A stretch of DNA of 63,985 bases, counting the filler, from Hausera hauseri (lineage: Eukaryota), in assembly GCA_046269625.1 (NCBI GenBank). It is 11 parts of 11 records of this genome, joined end to end, with 100 filler letters (N's around TTAATTAATTAA, not from the genome) between each part and the next. Parts side by side here need not be neighbours in the genome. Positions count along the whole stretch, not along the records: positions 1 to 4,315 come from JBJURY010639108.1; positions 4,416 to 8,983 come from JBJURY010524348.1; positions 9,084 to 15,699 come from JBJURY010081436.1; 8 more parts are not named here. One strand, given 5' to 3'. The translations under genes were made by a program, and so were the position numbers. Under the pieces are notes generated by a model. It was not told the origin of the DNA. It saw only the letters and a program-made list of their open reading frames with translations, and did no database searches. Numbering within the stretch: position 1 is the stretch's first letter; the number at the start of each line of letters is the position of its first letter. Of the stretch, positions 1-11,385 are shown piece by piece.

Positions 1-1114
1 GAGACTCCGTTTAAACCTCTATATAAATTAAATTAGAAGACAGACTAAGTTTCCAGGAAGTTTACTCAACATATTAACAAGGTGATAAATGAATTATTGA
101 GGTTATTCTGTGGTAGTTACTGAATGATTGTGTGTCCATAGAATCATTTGTAAAAGGTGAGATTGGATAAAAAATTGATTATCTTATTGACTTTTGATAT
201 ACATAGTTTGCACCATTTAATTGTCAATTGTCTAACCGGGACTTGGGTCATTGATAGTGATTCCACCCTTTATTCATTCAGAACGTTTAGTTCTTGATCT
301 ATTCACTCTACTGAAATGATCGAAGTTCCCATTCTTGCCTTTCATTTATATATATTCGATATTAAACTTACATTAAATCTATCCAACGATATTAATTATA
401 TGTAATAGTATAAGATACTTTATCGAGACAATTGCTGTTTTATCGAGACAATTGCGTCGTTTCTATCCATAACAGTGTAAAGTATTTCATCGAGTTATAT
501 ATATTGTTTCTATCTTATGTATTCTGGATCTTTAACGCATATCCAGCTGTTTTATTATGGTGATAAGAACTCCCCGTATTATCTTTTCATTTATGGATAT
601 ATCTAATACTAAACTTAAACTAAAGCAAATAATGGAAATCAAAAATATCATCCACAATATTAAAGAAAAGGAAGGAATACCAAGACGGTTTGCAGAAAAT
701 GGAAATAGGCCAAAACCCAAACCTGAAGTCCTTAGCTCAATGAAGAATTAGTCATCACCCAGCCTCGACATACCATTGAATCGATATCGATTACCTAATC
801 ATAAATGACATCTTGTAGAAAAAATTCAAGGACTCACAAACCCTTCAGATAAAGAGATGAACAGCATGATGAAGTTTGACTCCACTAAACAAACCGAACT
901 CGTATTTTATTTATATGTTAGGTACCGATTAAGGTCTAAATTGACCCCTGTACCACCAACATATAAACTGGTGCCCCGAGTGAGGAGCACAATGGTTGTA
1001 AGGATCTGGATTTAGGGAATAAAGTATTAAGATAAACCTCTGATTTGTGAATTGTTACTCTATTGCAAAATATATTTAGCACCGTAGTAAATATCTAGTT
1101 TCTCGTAATTTTAG

Positions 1115-1413
1115 GAAACCAAAACGGAACCACACCTTGTGACATATGCTTCGGACCCCTCGGAAGAAGATATGCCTTACTAAGATGCACCCATATAATG
1201 TGCACTCGTTGTGCTGACAATTGGCTGATGAAGAATCAGTCTTGTCCATTTTGTAGACGAAAAACCACCTCTTACCAATGTTGGGGAACCACTGTAGTGG
1301 TGATCCCGGACGAAGAAGAAAGCGAAACAGAGGAAGACGAGGATGTGGTACCAGAAGATCAGCACGATCTGTATGTGTATGGACCTAATAGAATCGTATA
1401 CATGCCAATTTAA
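1115..1413 (+). CDS. C3HC4 RING-finger protein with acidic tail (3' exon, no own start codon)
   Basis: The frame of ORF 1198-1413 extends upstream to give CDIC-FGPLGRRYALLR-CTH-IM-CTRC...CPFC. There is no ATG before the first Cys (in-frame TAG at 1096). Acceptor ttttAG at 1113-1114; AATAAA at 1417-1422. Confidence 0.85.
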
Positions 1414-1576
1414 TGAAATAAACCTTTGAATTTTAGCCTTGATAAGAAATGATAATAAAGTATAGGTAGCCTAATAGAATCAGTAATAATCGACAAGAAA
1501 CAATAAACTAATTATAGTAGTAATAGAAGCGTAAAAAGAATAAATAGAAAGTTAAATGAATTAATATTGATTTTAG

Positions 1577-1812
1577 GATGTGTCATATGCAAAAAATCTC
1601 CGGAAGTTAACAATGGAAGAAAAAACCCATGTCCATTATGTTATCTCGTCGAAAAGATGAAGCATCGGGAGGATCAGTTCGAGTGCGCATACTGCGGGGA
1701 GGAAGTCAATATAAGCATTATGATCATGGACTCAAATTGTTTTCTGGTATGTCCCATCTGCTCCTTATCAGGGAATGACTTAGAAGAGATTGATAGATGG
1801 ATGAATTTGTAA
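1577..1812 (+). CDS. Small Cys-rich zinc-binding protein with four CxxC pairs (3' exon)
   Basis: CVIC, CPLC, CAYC, CPIC. The track start is TTG, not ATG. Acceptor ttttAG at 1575-1576; ATTAAA at 1821-1826. Confidence 0.7.
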
Positions 1813-1999
1813 AATGTTTAATTAAATTGGTTATTGTACTTCATGAAATTCGGTATTACATTTTCGTGTGCTCTGATAAGTGAAATCGAGGATTTGTGAA
1901 CGATTATGATACGATAAGAAGAAGTCGTCTTATTAAGAGAGAATTACGATTATTATTAATAAATATGAAAATACTTGGAATAAATTGTTACCATTTAAG

Positions 2000-2448
2000 G
2001 AAACGGAACCACAAACGAAAGTGAAGATAGGATGGAACCAGAAAAATGCCCTATCTGCCTCGAAGAGATAATGCAAGAAAAAACCACACTCCCATGCAAA
2101 CATAGCTATTGCAGTTCCTGCATTAACATTTGGTTGGGGGAGCACAACAATTGCCCCTGTTGTCGAAGAGACTGTACTTTCTGCTGGGTGTGCTCCAAAT
2201 TAATAGCCGAGGACTTGGCCACCCTATCGTGCAGACATATGTTTTGTCAGTTGTGTATTCTGGAATATTTGGCGTGCTGCCGATTATGCCCCTACTGCTT
2301 GGAGACAGTGGATTTTTACACCACAGAAGGGGTGATTACCTATCTGAATTTCGATGGACAATCCTCTATAGAGTTGACAATTGACGAAGATGACGGCAGT
2401 TGGCCGGAAGCATGGCGAAATCCGCAACCCTTTACAATATTAGATTAA
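2000..2448 (+). CDS. Tandem double C3HC4 RING-finger protein
   Basis: CPIC..CKH..CSSC..CPCC followed by CWVC..CRH..CQLC..CPYC. ATG at 2032; acceptor AG at 1998-1999; AATAAA at 2459-2464. Confidence 0.9.
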
Positions 2449-2500
2449 TTAAATTGTCAATAAAATTATGTGTAACAAATTGTTTATTTATTTTCTTAAG

Positions 2501-2808
2501 GTTTACCCTGTACTATGAATTCATCAACTATTCTGAGTCACGGGTTCCCGGCATTTTATCAGACCGATGAAATAAATGCATATACGATATATAATCCATG
2601 TGGAAATTTTACCCCAGTGGGAGCCCAGTGCACAATCTGCCTAAATGACTATTCCATAGACCCAGTGGAGTTAGTTCCCTGTAGGCATCAGTTTTGTAAG
2701 AAGTGCCTGAGAGAATGGTTCTCTATGAGAGCCTCATGCCCAGTATGCCGTACAAATAACAAACTATTTCGATATAAACATGCTTACTTTACGATAAAAA
2801 ATTTATGA
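2501..2808 (+). CDS. C3HC4 RING-finger protein
   Basis: CTIC..PCRHQFCKKCLREW..CPVCR. ATG at 2515; acceptor ttttcttaAG at 2499-2500; AATAAA at 2808-2813 overlaps the stop. Confidence 0.9.
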
Positions 2809-2843
2809 ATAAAAGTGTTTTGTTTGATTGAGTTACATTTTAG

Positions 2844-4066
2844 CTGAAAGACAAAAAATGAAAAAGGTTCAATTCCAAACTCCCCGATATTGCGAATATA
2901 CCAGACCAATGCAACCCAATACGATACAGTACATTCTATGTTATCAGAATAGACAATTCGGACCAGCATCATTCATTAAAAGAAGAGTAAGCTACTCTAA
3001 AATGACAGTGTCAGATAATTCAATGAGAAACACACAGAATAGGAAAATATCGTTCTTGGAATATCCTAATTTACCTGTTCCGGGAGAATTAGCTCAATCA
3101 TATGCTAATGCAGGATTATTTCGGACCACAACGGGACAGATAAAATGTTTATACTGTCAAGGAGAATTCCAATACGAACAACTAAGAAATAGACCGAAAG
3201 AACAACATAAGAAACTACGTGCCACCTGTCCCTACCTACTAGATGTGGATGTAAGCAATATACCACTCATCGATGTATTTACTAAGAAGCCTGACCTGGA
3301 TCCGGACACTAAGTATGACGAAATAATATCTACACAGATAGTCTATCCAACTGATAATATAGTAGAACAAAATATACAATCGACTTTAGACACAGTACAA
3401 AATAGAAAATTAACTTTTCTAGGAAATAAGAAAATGAGGTATTTAGCCCGACAAGGATTGATATCAATATTCAAGGAAGGAGTACAATATGTTAAATGTA
3501 CAAAATGTTTTAGAGAAACATATTGGTTAGAAAAAATCGATCAGCGATGCCCGGCAGTACTACACACCAATAAATGCGAGTACTCAATACATAAAGTATC
3601 TGATAATAATGCCAAAAAGCAATGTAGAATACAATTTAACACAGGAAAATTATATGAATGTTATCAAGATAGTCCTGTCGCCATATCAGTAATATCAAGA
3701 CACCCTACCAAGCGAGAAAACATATTACAATATATCAAACATCAGACAGAAACTCAGTCCGATTGGTCGCCAAATGTATTCGACCTATGTCAGAATCTGA
3801 ATTTTATTGATCCAGAAAAGGAAAGAGAACCTGAGCAAAATATTCTTGACAATTTCTATCTTCGCGATTTGGAGTGTGTAATCTGTTATACGAATGTGGC
3901 ACAAGTCATCTTCTTACCTTGTGGACACTTGAAAACTTGTGAGAGTTGTTCAAACCAAACGACAAACTGTCCGGTTTGTAGGAGTATCATAGAGAGACGA
4001 GTGACGTATTTTCAGTTTTCAGAAGAAATTAGCGAAATAACTTTGGCAAATTTGGACCTTGACTAA
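2844..4066 (+). CDS. iap: Inhibitor-of-apoptosis-like protein (BIR, degenerate BIR, C-terminal RING), single exon
   Basis: BIR1: RKISF..YP...LAQSYANAG...CLYC-x16-H-x6-C (canonical spacing). BIR2-like: RKLTF...LARQG...CTKC...H...C. IAP-type RING: CVIC...FLPCGH..CESC...CPVCR. Acceptor AG at 2842-2843; AATAAA at 4088-4093. Confidence 0.88.
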
Positions 4067-4140
4067 TAGTTAATGTGAATGTATTGGAATAAATATTACT
4101 TATGAATTTGTTGTATTAAAGTTAAATAAATTTATTGTAG

Positions 4141-4315
4141 AACCTTCGACTATCGACAATATGACCTTAGCTAATCTTGATGACTGGATGGTTCAAGTAA
4201 TGACGATAAAGAATCAATCACCCAAATTAGCATATGAATGGTACAGATTGTATAACAACCCCTTACTCGATAAGATAACTGAATTGGGTTATTCCAAATA
4301 TATAGCGATGATCGC
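4141..4315 (+). CDS. Truncated ORF with possible IAP-type UBA-like segment
   Basis: NNPLLDKITELGYSK resembles the UBA helix1/MGF-loop region. Acceptor AG at 4139-4140; runs into the contig end. Confidence 0.45.
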
Positions 4316-4415
4316 NNNNNNNNNNNNNNNNNNNNNNNNNNNNNNNNNNNNNNNNNNNNTTAATTAATTAANNNNNNNNNNNNNNNNNNNNNNNNNNNNN
4401 NNNNNNNNNNNNNNN
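4316..4415. other. Artificial contig spacer; identical spacers at 8984-9083, 15700-15799, 21785-21884, 26647-26746, 33318-33417, 38063-38162, 43896-43995, 48989-49088, 58834-58933
   Basis: N44-TTAATTAATTAA-N44 (stops in all six frames) occurs ten times; base composition and content change across each spacer. Confidence 0.99.
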
Positions 4416-6600
4416 AACAATTTATTATCCATGTGTATTTAATTCGTAAGTATGTATAAAGGTATGTATGAATATGTGTGTGTGGGGGGGGGGGCGGTAT
4501 TTGTGTGCCTGTCTGAAAATACCTCAGATAAAATTGAAATAACTAGCACGTAATAAATGCCCAATATATTGCGCCAAAAAAGTTTGCTGGACTCCAATTT
4601 AGGAATTGACCAATAGGCAGCAAGATTTAGTTATAAATGTCCAGCCACAATATTGGAAATAAATGTCAACAATAAAATGTTAGCCAATCCTAACCGGTGG
4701 ATGGAAAGTCTCATTGTTCGAATGATGTATAAAGACTTCATTTCTAGTTCACAACGTTCAGTTGCTCGCTTCGCGTTTGAACAACTAACTGAAGATTAAA
4801 TCATTTAATCTGTGTTTTCCACAAGTGGGCAATTTATTTAGCTTTCGGAATATTTAACGGTGTTGACATCACTTGTGTCGCATTTATAGATTGTTGTGGT
4901 GTAAACCTCTGGCTGTGCAAGTGTTTTCTGTTGAATTCTATCAGTTCTAGTGAATAGTTTGGTAAGTATTGCATTTTGTATTATATATAGTCATTGATTG
5001 ATTCAATTTTTTAAATTTTTTTCATACCTATAGAAAATCTTATCAATTAAAGTTAGATATGTACTTTTTATTTATTGGAAGGACAGCTCTCAATTGTATT
5101 TACTTTTAATGTTCATTAAATATTTTAAATTTACAATATACTGTACTAATTCATTCACTTCGCTTCAGCACTTGTTGGCGCAAATAATTCTTTGGGGATT
5201 AGCCACTGTCCAATAACCTGCTTATTTATGTCATCGTGCATTTGTTTAAATCAAAAGTTAGTTTTTATTTTAATCAATTTTCTCTTTTTTCTTTTATTTT
5301 TAACGTGATTGTATTCACTGGTAGCGTTTCTCATTCATTAATTCTAATGCTGAACTCTTATTCTCGTTCAAATTCGAAACGAGGTCGTGTGTTCCATGCA
5401 AATAAATGAATATAATACTTTAATACAATTAACTAGTCCCATAATTGCTCATATTGTACAGTCATGTGGTCATTCAAGAATAAAACGCACGTTTTTGTTT
5501 CGCCCCTCAATTATACAAGTTCACTACTTCTATTCTGGAAATTCCAAATAAAATGTGTCTAAACATTTACATACATTTTATTTCCATGCTTTCCTCGCGG
5601 AGATCATTTTCTTCTTCTTTTATATATATGGTAAATACTTTCACTTTCATTTGTTGGCTTTTCTCTGCTGTTGTCTGGGTAAGTTTTGATTGTCATAGTT
5701 TTGTGTTATTCAATCTTGTCGTTCCAGGAAACACGCTAACATACTAAGTAGGGTAGAATCTTTCCATTCCAAAGACACTTACAGGTTCGTAAGTGATATC
5801 CTCTGCTGGTTACTAACATTTTTCACCTACGCAATTTGCTTAAATGTGGATTTAAAGAAGACGTTGTCTTATATCTTGTTTTTGTGTCTTTTTTTAAAGT
5901 CTTTATTATAATATGTCTTGCTTTCTTTGTTCTTTTAAGAAGTTCCTAGATTGTAAAATATAAAGATTACTTCCAACGTTGGAGGCTAATGTTTAAATGC
6001 TTATTGCTGTATCTTTTTTTCGCCAACAATCATTTTTCATGTGTATCACTCTGAGTTTCATTCCAAAGTATGTCATGTCAGTGTTACTTATCTCTCCACA
6101 AATCGTGTGCCCTGTCCTGTCCTTTTCTATTTCATTCTTTTGATGCTGTCCTTGATCGCTTCCTGTCCCGTTTGTTCTGGTAGGTTTCCATTTCAAATGG
6201 TGTGTATCTCTGATTTTACTAGACACACCGTATTGCATATTGTGCTATTATACGGTAGGTTTATACAGATCACAAAATCTAAGACAGCTGAAAACGGCTG
6301 GATGCGGTTCGGGTCCTCGGGTTACAGGCTATCCATATACAGATCAAGTGTATACACATTCGCTCGGTGAATCAAAATAGCATGTTGACGGTAAGGCTAG
6401 TCAATGTCTTAAGACCTACGGAACATTTTCACCCACAGAACTGGCAGAGATTCATCACGTGTATTTACATAGTATTTTGTATATATACATTTTATGTATT
6501 TGACTTGACATTGTCGATCTTTATGATTTTTTTTTTGTATTATTAACTTTCAGGTGTTATTCTGCAGTCACTTGCTTGACCACAGTATTCAGCTGACAAC

Positions 6601-7614
6601 ATGAAGTTTCTTAAATGTGTGTCTCACAACACATCCATGGATGAAAAATCAGACGAAAGTACCCCGCCCAGAAAGAAAACACCAGTTCCAAAGAGAAACA
6701 AACGGCTCTCAATGTTCAAGGGAAGAAAACATAAGAAATACGAAGAGAGCTTTGTGAGCGGTCAAACTAACCCTGAAGTCAACTCAGACTTTGTCCTTGT
6801 CCGCTATGATCAATCACCATTTCGCAGGTCTGCCACAATGCGACCTTGTGCGCAAGACTGTAACAAAAGTCTTTCTGAGTATTTTCCTGTTTATCAAGAT
6901 CGCCCACATTCGTCACAGAGTATCAGTGAGTCGACTACTACAGACTCATCGTTGTCGAATGCCTCGACACTGGTTGATTTGGAAGACCATTTCTGGAAGG
7001 ACGGTTACAGTTCCTCTTTCTCCTACAATGATGGAAATAATACTGTAAATGAAAGTAGCCTATTGAGTGCCACCAAAAACGACCCTGCAGCTTTCATTCA
7101 AAATGACCACCGCCTGAACCTGAAACAGACACCTGGTCACCAAGATTCTGCCAAAGACAGATACAATATAAAAGATATCATTAAAGGTGTGTCTTCAGCA
7201 CCATATGACTACTGGCCTTCTTATCAAGATCGCCAACTTTTGCCACTAAGTATCAATGAGTCGACTACTACAGATCCATCGTTGTCTTACGATTCGACAC
7301 TGGAAGAGCAGGAAGACCATTCCTGGAAGGACTATTATGGTTCATCTTTCACCTACAATGATTCTGAAGCATCTACTCTCTCTTGCAATACTAACGATGA
7401 CATCGATGATATCACTGATAACAGCACTTCGACGATCACCAAGAACGATTCTGCAGCTTTCGTTCAAAATGACGACCACTGCCTGAATCCGAGACTGAAG
7501 CCAAATCGACAGGATTCTGTCAAAGACAAATACAACAATGAAGACATTGTTAAAGGTATGCCTGCAACAATATCTGACTGTCTTGATTCTTCAGCACGTG
7601 CAGTTGAATGTAAG
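6601..7614 (+). CDS. Coding exon of a host gene; Ser/Asp-rich with an internal ~110-aa duplication
   Basis: Acceptor ttttcAG ending at 6553, ATG at 6601, donor AAG|GTAAGA after 7614 (phase 0). The block YQDR..ESTTTD..EDH.WKD.Y.SSF.YND..KND.AAF.QND..QDS.KD.YN..DI.KG occurs twice. Confidence 0.75.
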
Positions 7615-8223
7615 GTAAGAATAACTTTATTGTTCATGTCTTGTGATTGCGACTTCTATTTAGTTTTTGTTATAATTTTACTTTGTCTTTTACAAATATA
7701 TACCTGAGAGGGTAATATAATCTTATTTTATTTTTCCTGTAACACTCTTGGAACTTTAGAACATACACACAGACTTTATATTTTTAACTCCAGTGTAAAA
7801 CGTGTCCTAACAATGCTACAATCATCTGTAAACTAAAGTCTAAAACAAGTACCATCACTCGGAATTAGACAGAAATCATCGCAAACGAAAGCCTCCTAGA
7901 GTGGACAGGAACAAATCATGGACAGCATCATAAAAACTGTGGATAATACTACGCATAAGAAAATAATACAAATGCCAGACATTTCAGTAAGGGATGGAGG
8001 AGGGTCGTGAGGCAAAATAATGAGACAAAAACAGACGTCAGAAGGTATACATATTTCTTTTTAAAAAAATGAAACACAAACTTGTTGTCTTGTTACCGTG
8101 TCTTTGATCCACAATTATAGAGCGTCAGCTTTTGTTGAGTAAAACACAAAGTTAAAATTTGTCATTTTAAATATTTAGATCCAAGTAAAGAATTCTGACT
8201 TTTGATTATTCTTCTTCTTTCAG

Positions 8224-8427
8224 GTAAAAACAGACATTTCTCGTCAAATTCCACGAACAGTGACGTCTGACCCTATGGCAAATCTCGAGTACATGCGCAA
8301 TTTAATGTCACTGGAACAGACCTATATCAGGTGTATGCAGGATGAGATTGGAAAATATTCTCGATCGCTCAAATATGATATCTTTTTCAGACTTCAATAC
8401 AAGAAGGCCTTCAAGGATGTGATGAAG
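8224..8427 (+). CDS. Next exon of the same gene; possible start of a divergent RhoGEF (DH) domain
   Basis: Acceptor ttcttctttcAG and donor AAG|GTATGT, in frame with the previous exon. LMSLEQTYIRCMQ..IGKYSRSL resembles DH helix 1 (E(L/I)xxTExxYxxxL). Confidence 0.5.
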
Positions 8428-8906
8428 GTATGTAGATTAATTGCATGTTTAACTCTCTATGTGTTGTCATCTAGAACACAATTCAGAGACTGTTGTCATT
8501 AGTTACGAATGAATGTACGAAACTTTTACTGAAAATGTGAATGGACTGATACTAAGAAAGGGCCTTCACAGCTGCAGATGTATGTATTAACCACCACCGT
8601 GCAGTGAACTAAAGCAGGCACAGATGATGACTTATTTTAGTAATAGTCAATGAAACATAGTAACACGCAAGGGTATGGAAAACATAAATATTGACACTTG
8701 GTGGACGTAACTACGTTGAAGATCAGACTTATTACATGTATCTTTTTAAAAAATTAAAGTACAATGTCGATACTGTTTCTATATATGTTTCTGTGCTTCA
8801 TTTTGTAGGATTGAAATCTATAACTTTTACTACATTTGTTTCCTTACTGCGATATTAATTTTCCTCACAACTTTCCTTAAAAAATATTTCATCATCGTTT
8901 CCTTCT

Positions 8907-8909
<3 letters not shown>

Positions 8910-8983
<74 letters not shown>
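8910..8983. repeat. (AC)n microsatellite at contig end
   Basis: Uninterrupted AC dinucleotide run. Confidence 0.99.
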
Positions 8984-9083
8984 NNNNNNNNNNNNNNNNN
9001 NNNNNNNNNNNNNNNNNNNNNNNNNNNTTAATTAATTAANNNNNNNNNNNNNNNNNNNNNNNNNNNNNNNNNNNNNNNNNNNN

Positions 9084-10650
9084 GGATGCAACGTTTTTCT
9101 TCTACGTTGATGGGTACTTCTCTCTTTTCACATTCATAGGTTAGCAATACTTCGCCCGTACCTCGACCGAAGACTCCTTCTCTCATGGGAATTATTGGAG
9201 AAGCTAATTCTGGGTTTGCATATATAAGAGCCATTTTAGTTTTCATTATTTCGGTATCCAATTTGCAGTCATTCATTATCATTTTATGATATAATTCCGT
9301 TATTCCAACTTGTCCTTTATCGTAGAAGTAATCGTCTCTACTTTTCAGATAATCTTCAATTCGAACATCCTGCGTTTCCAATTTATAGGTTTTTGCGTTT
9401 ATTTCTGTTTCGGCTACGAAGAACGCTTTATAGTTTGTAGAGAACATTACTACATCGCAACGAGTCATCATTTCTTTTTTTATAAATTTCAGCCCATGTG
9501 GATCTGAGATTAATATAGTAGGTGTAGGGTGTTCTGATACATTTTCGCATGTCCTTGAGTTAGTTTCTGATTTATCCACGTATCGTTTTCCGGTAGTTTC
9601 ATTAAACTTTAGCTCCTTAATTTTGATGAAATTACAGCTTCTTCCAGAGGGAGGTTCCAGTATTATAACCGAACTTCTAAAAGTACGTGTTCCTTCTTGT
9701 AAATGACATTTTTGATTCTCAGTGTATAGCTTAGTGACGCTATGGAACATTACCTTCTGTGATCGCATTTCTGATTCGTAGAAATCCACAACTACTACGT
9801 TTGGCTCTATTCTTTTTCCGGTATCGTATTCTGCTCCATTACAATGTCCGCTATGCATATTTAGTCTTCCAGCCACTACTTTGTATGCTCTGATTATCTT
9901 ACCTGGTTGCATTTCTATTTGCATGCTGTCCCATTGTACCCTTCCGTTCTCTTTGGCTTGTTTGCAGTGCTGACGTTCTAAGTTCATTGGAATTAGTGGG
10001 GTAGTTGGCTTAATTATGGAGGAATGTCCGTGTATTAGGCAGCAATGGAAAATTCTGCGGGATCGTCTCAACATGCACTCCATTCCGTCTAACGATATCA
10101 GTTCTTGTTGTTGATACAGGAAATAACTTTTCTCTCTTGTTTTTAGTTTGTATGGTCTTGCATCCTCGCATATTTCTAGATCCATTAAGGAATATCTCTG
10201 TCCTAATTTAAACTTATCGCAATCATGGACGGTTACAGCGCCTATATGCTTTATTAGCATCATCAAGGTTAGCAAGCTAATCAGCCAGTTTGATTCATTC
10301 TTCCGACTTCCAACGTCTGACGTTGTCAGGCTACGTAACATATCGTCGAGTTTATTGTTGCTTCGTTTGTCTTCTTCTTTGTCAAATAGTCTTGTCCAAT
10401 TTACTTCGCAAGGCATTCTTTTTGCTGCTCTCCGTGCTAAGCTTATAGCCCGATTGATTTCACTCTCTCGATTAGGATTTATTTTGATAGCTAAGTATAG
10501 CAGTACTTTTCTCAATTCTTCATTCGTGTTTTCTACCATAATCTTTTCTATTACTGTCTCGTCGGTTAAGTTACTTTTTGATATTTTGAAACGTGAACTT
10601 CTCATCATTTTGGCTGCATCGAAAATTATCTTTTCTTTGTCATCCAGCAC
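9084..10650 (-). CDS. env: Chuvirus-like envelope glycoprotein of an LTR element (3'-truncated by contig end), preceded by ~120 aa of non-glycoprotein sequence
   Basis: Internal signal-like segment WLISLLTLMMLIKHIGA, then VHDC..YSLMDLEIC, LYQ..C..R..FHC..HGHSSI, GHCNGAEY and LYHKMIMNDCKL..NP...GEVLLTYEC. This Cys/motif pattern matches chuvirus-type G proteins as I recall them. Confidence 0.8.
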
Positions 10651-10656
10651 ATCTCC

Positions 10657-11385
10657 TCAAAAACTAGAATAATTCACAATTCGTATTAAATTTTTCATTA
10701 ACTCGCTTAATTCCTCATTCTCGGTGCTAAGGGTTGGAATCGACATCTGCCTCAGTTCCTTAATTAACTCTGCATTGTGATCCACTTCACCTCGCACCTT
10801 TCTAGGTCTGCCTACTGGGCGTTTCGGTCTTTGACCTTTAGTGGTTGCTTCGCTTAGTGGTACTAAATTTATGTCGTATTGTTCTTTATCTACGTCCGTT
10901 TTTATATACTCAAAATATAGTGCGGCGTCTCGGACTCCAATGATTTGTCCTACGCATTGTTCTGTTTTTGCTTTACGTGTAGCTTCTTCTTTTGTCGGTT
11001 CATTAGCTATTATTACCACTATGCTATTTGTTTCGTCCGGAATAATCCCGACGTCTATTAATTGTTTCAAGTCATCTAATATTCTACCTCTAAAATAAAA
11101 TCTGTGGTTTAACTCGTTTGTTTCACCATTATTTACCAGCCATTCTCTTACGTCCCTTACGTAGGAATATGTAGTCAGCTTGCACCCCTTTTCGTCCATC
11201 CATTCGGATGATACCATCACCTTTATCGTCACTTTGGGTCTAGCCCTCAAGATTTTAGCGTACTTCCTTATCAAAAGTTTCGGCACCGTACTATGGATCG
11301 TGTTTTCGCTCGATAATTTAGTTAAAGTTGGAATAAGTTGTCGTAATTTATTCTCAGTAATATTTACGTTAATTAACTCAATCAA
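10657..11385 (-). CDS. Ubiquitin-like domain plus AT-hook region, in the same frame as the glycoprotein ORF and separated by one TGA
   Basis: VTIKV...VRDVREWL...[20 protein letters not shown] resembles ubiquitin [29 protein letters not shown] is an AT-hook. The junction reads SSF*GDVLDDKEK. Confidence 0.65.
   Translation of the reverse strand: [242 protein letters not shown]

Noticed and set aside
1113-4141. Flatworm spliced-leader AUG as the source of the missing start codons
   Set aside because: A leader ending in AUG would need phase-0 acceptors, and all observed acceptors are phase 1.
4316-4415. TTAATTAATTAA repeated ten times, and ORFs containing X runs
   Set aside because: Artificial linker; ORF ends that cross it are artefacts.
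7615-7707. Hydrophobic C-terminus of the 368-aa ORF as a TM helix
   Set aside because: It is read-through into the intron after the GTAAGA donor.
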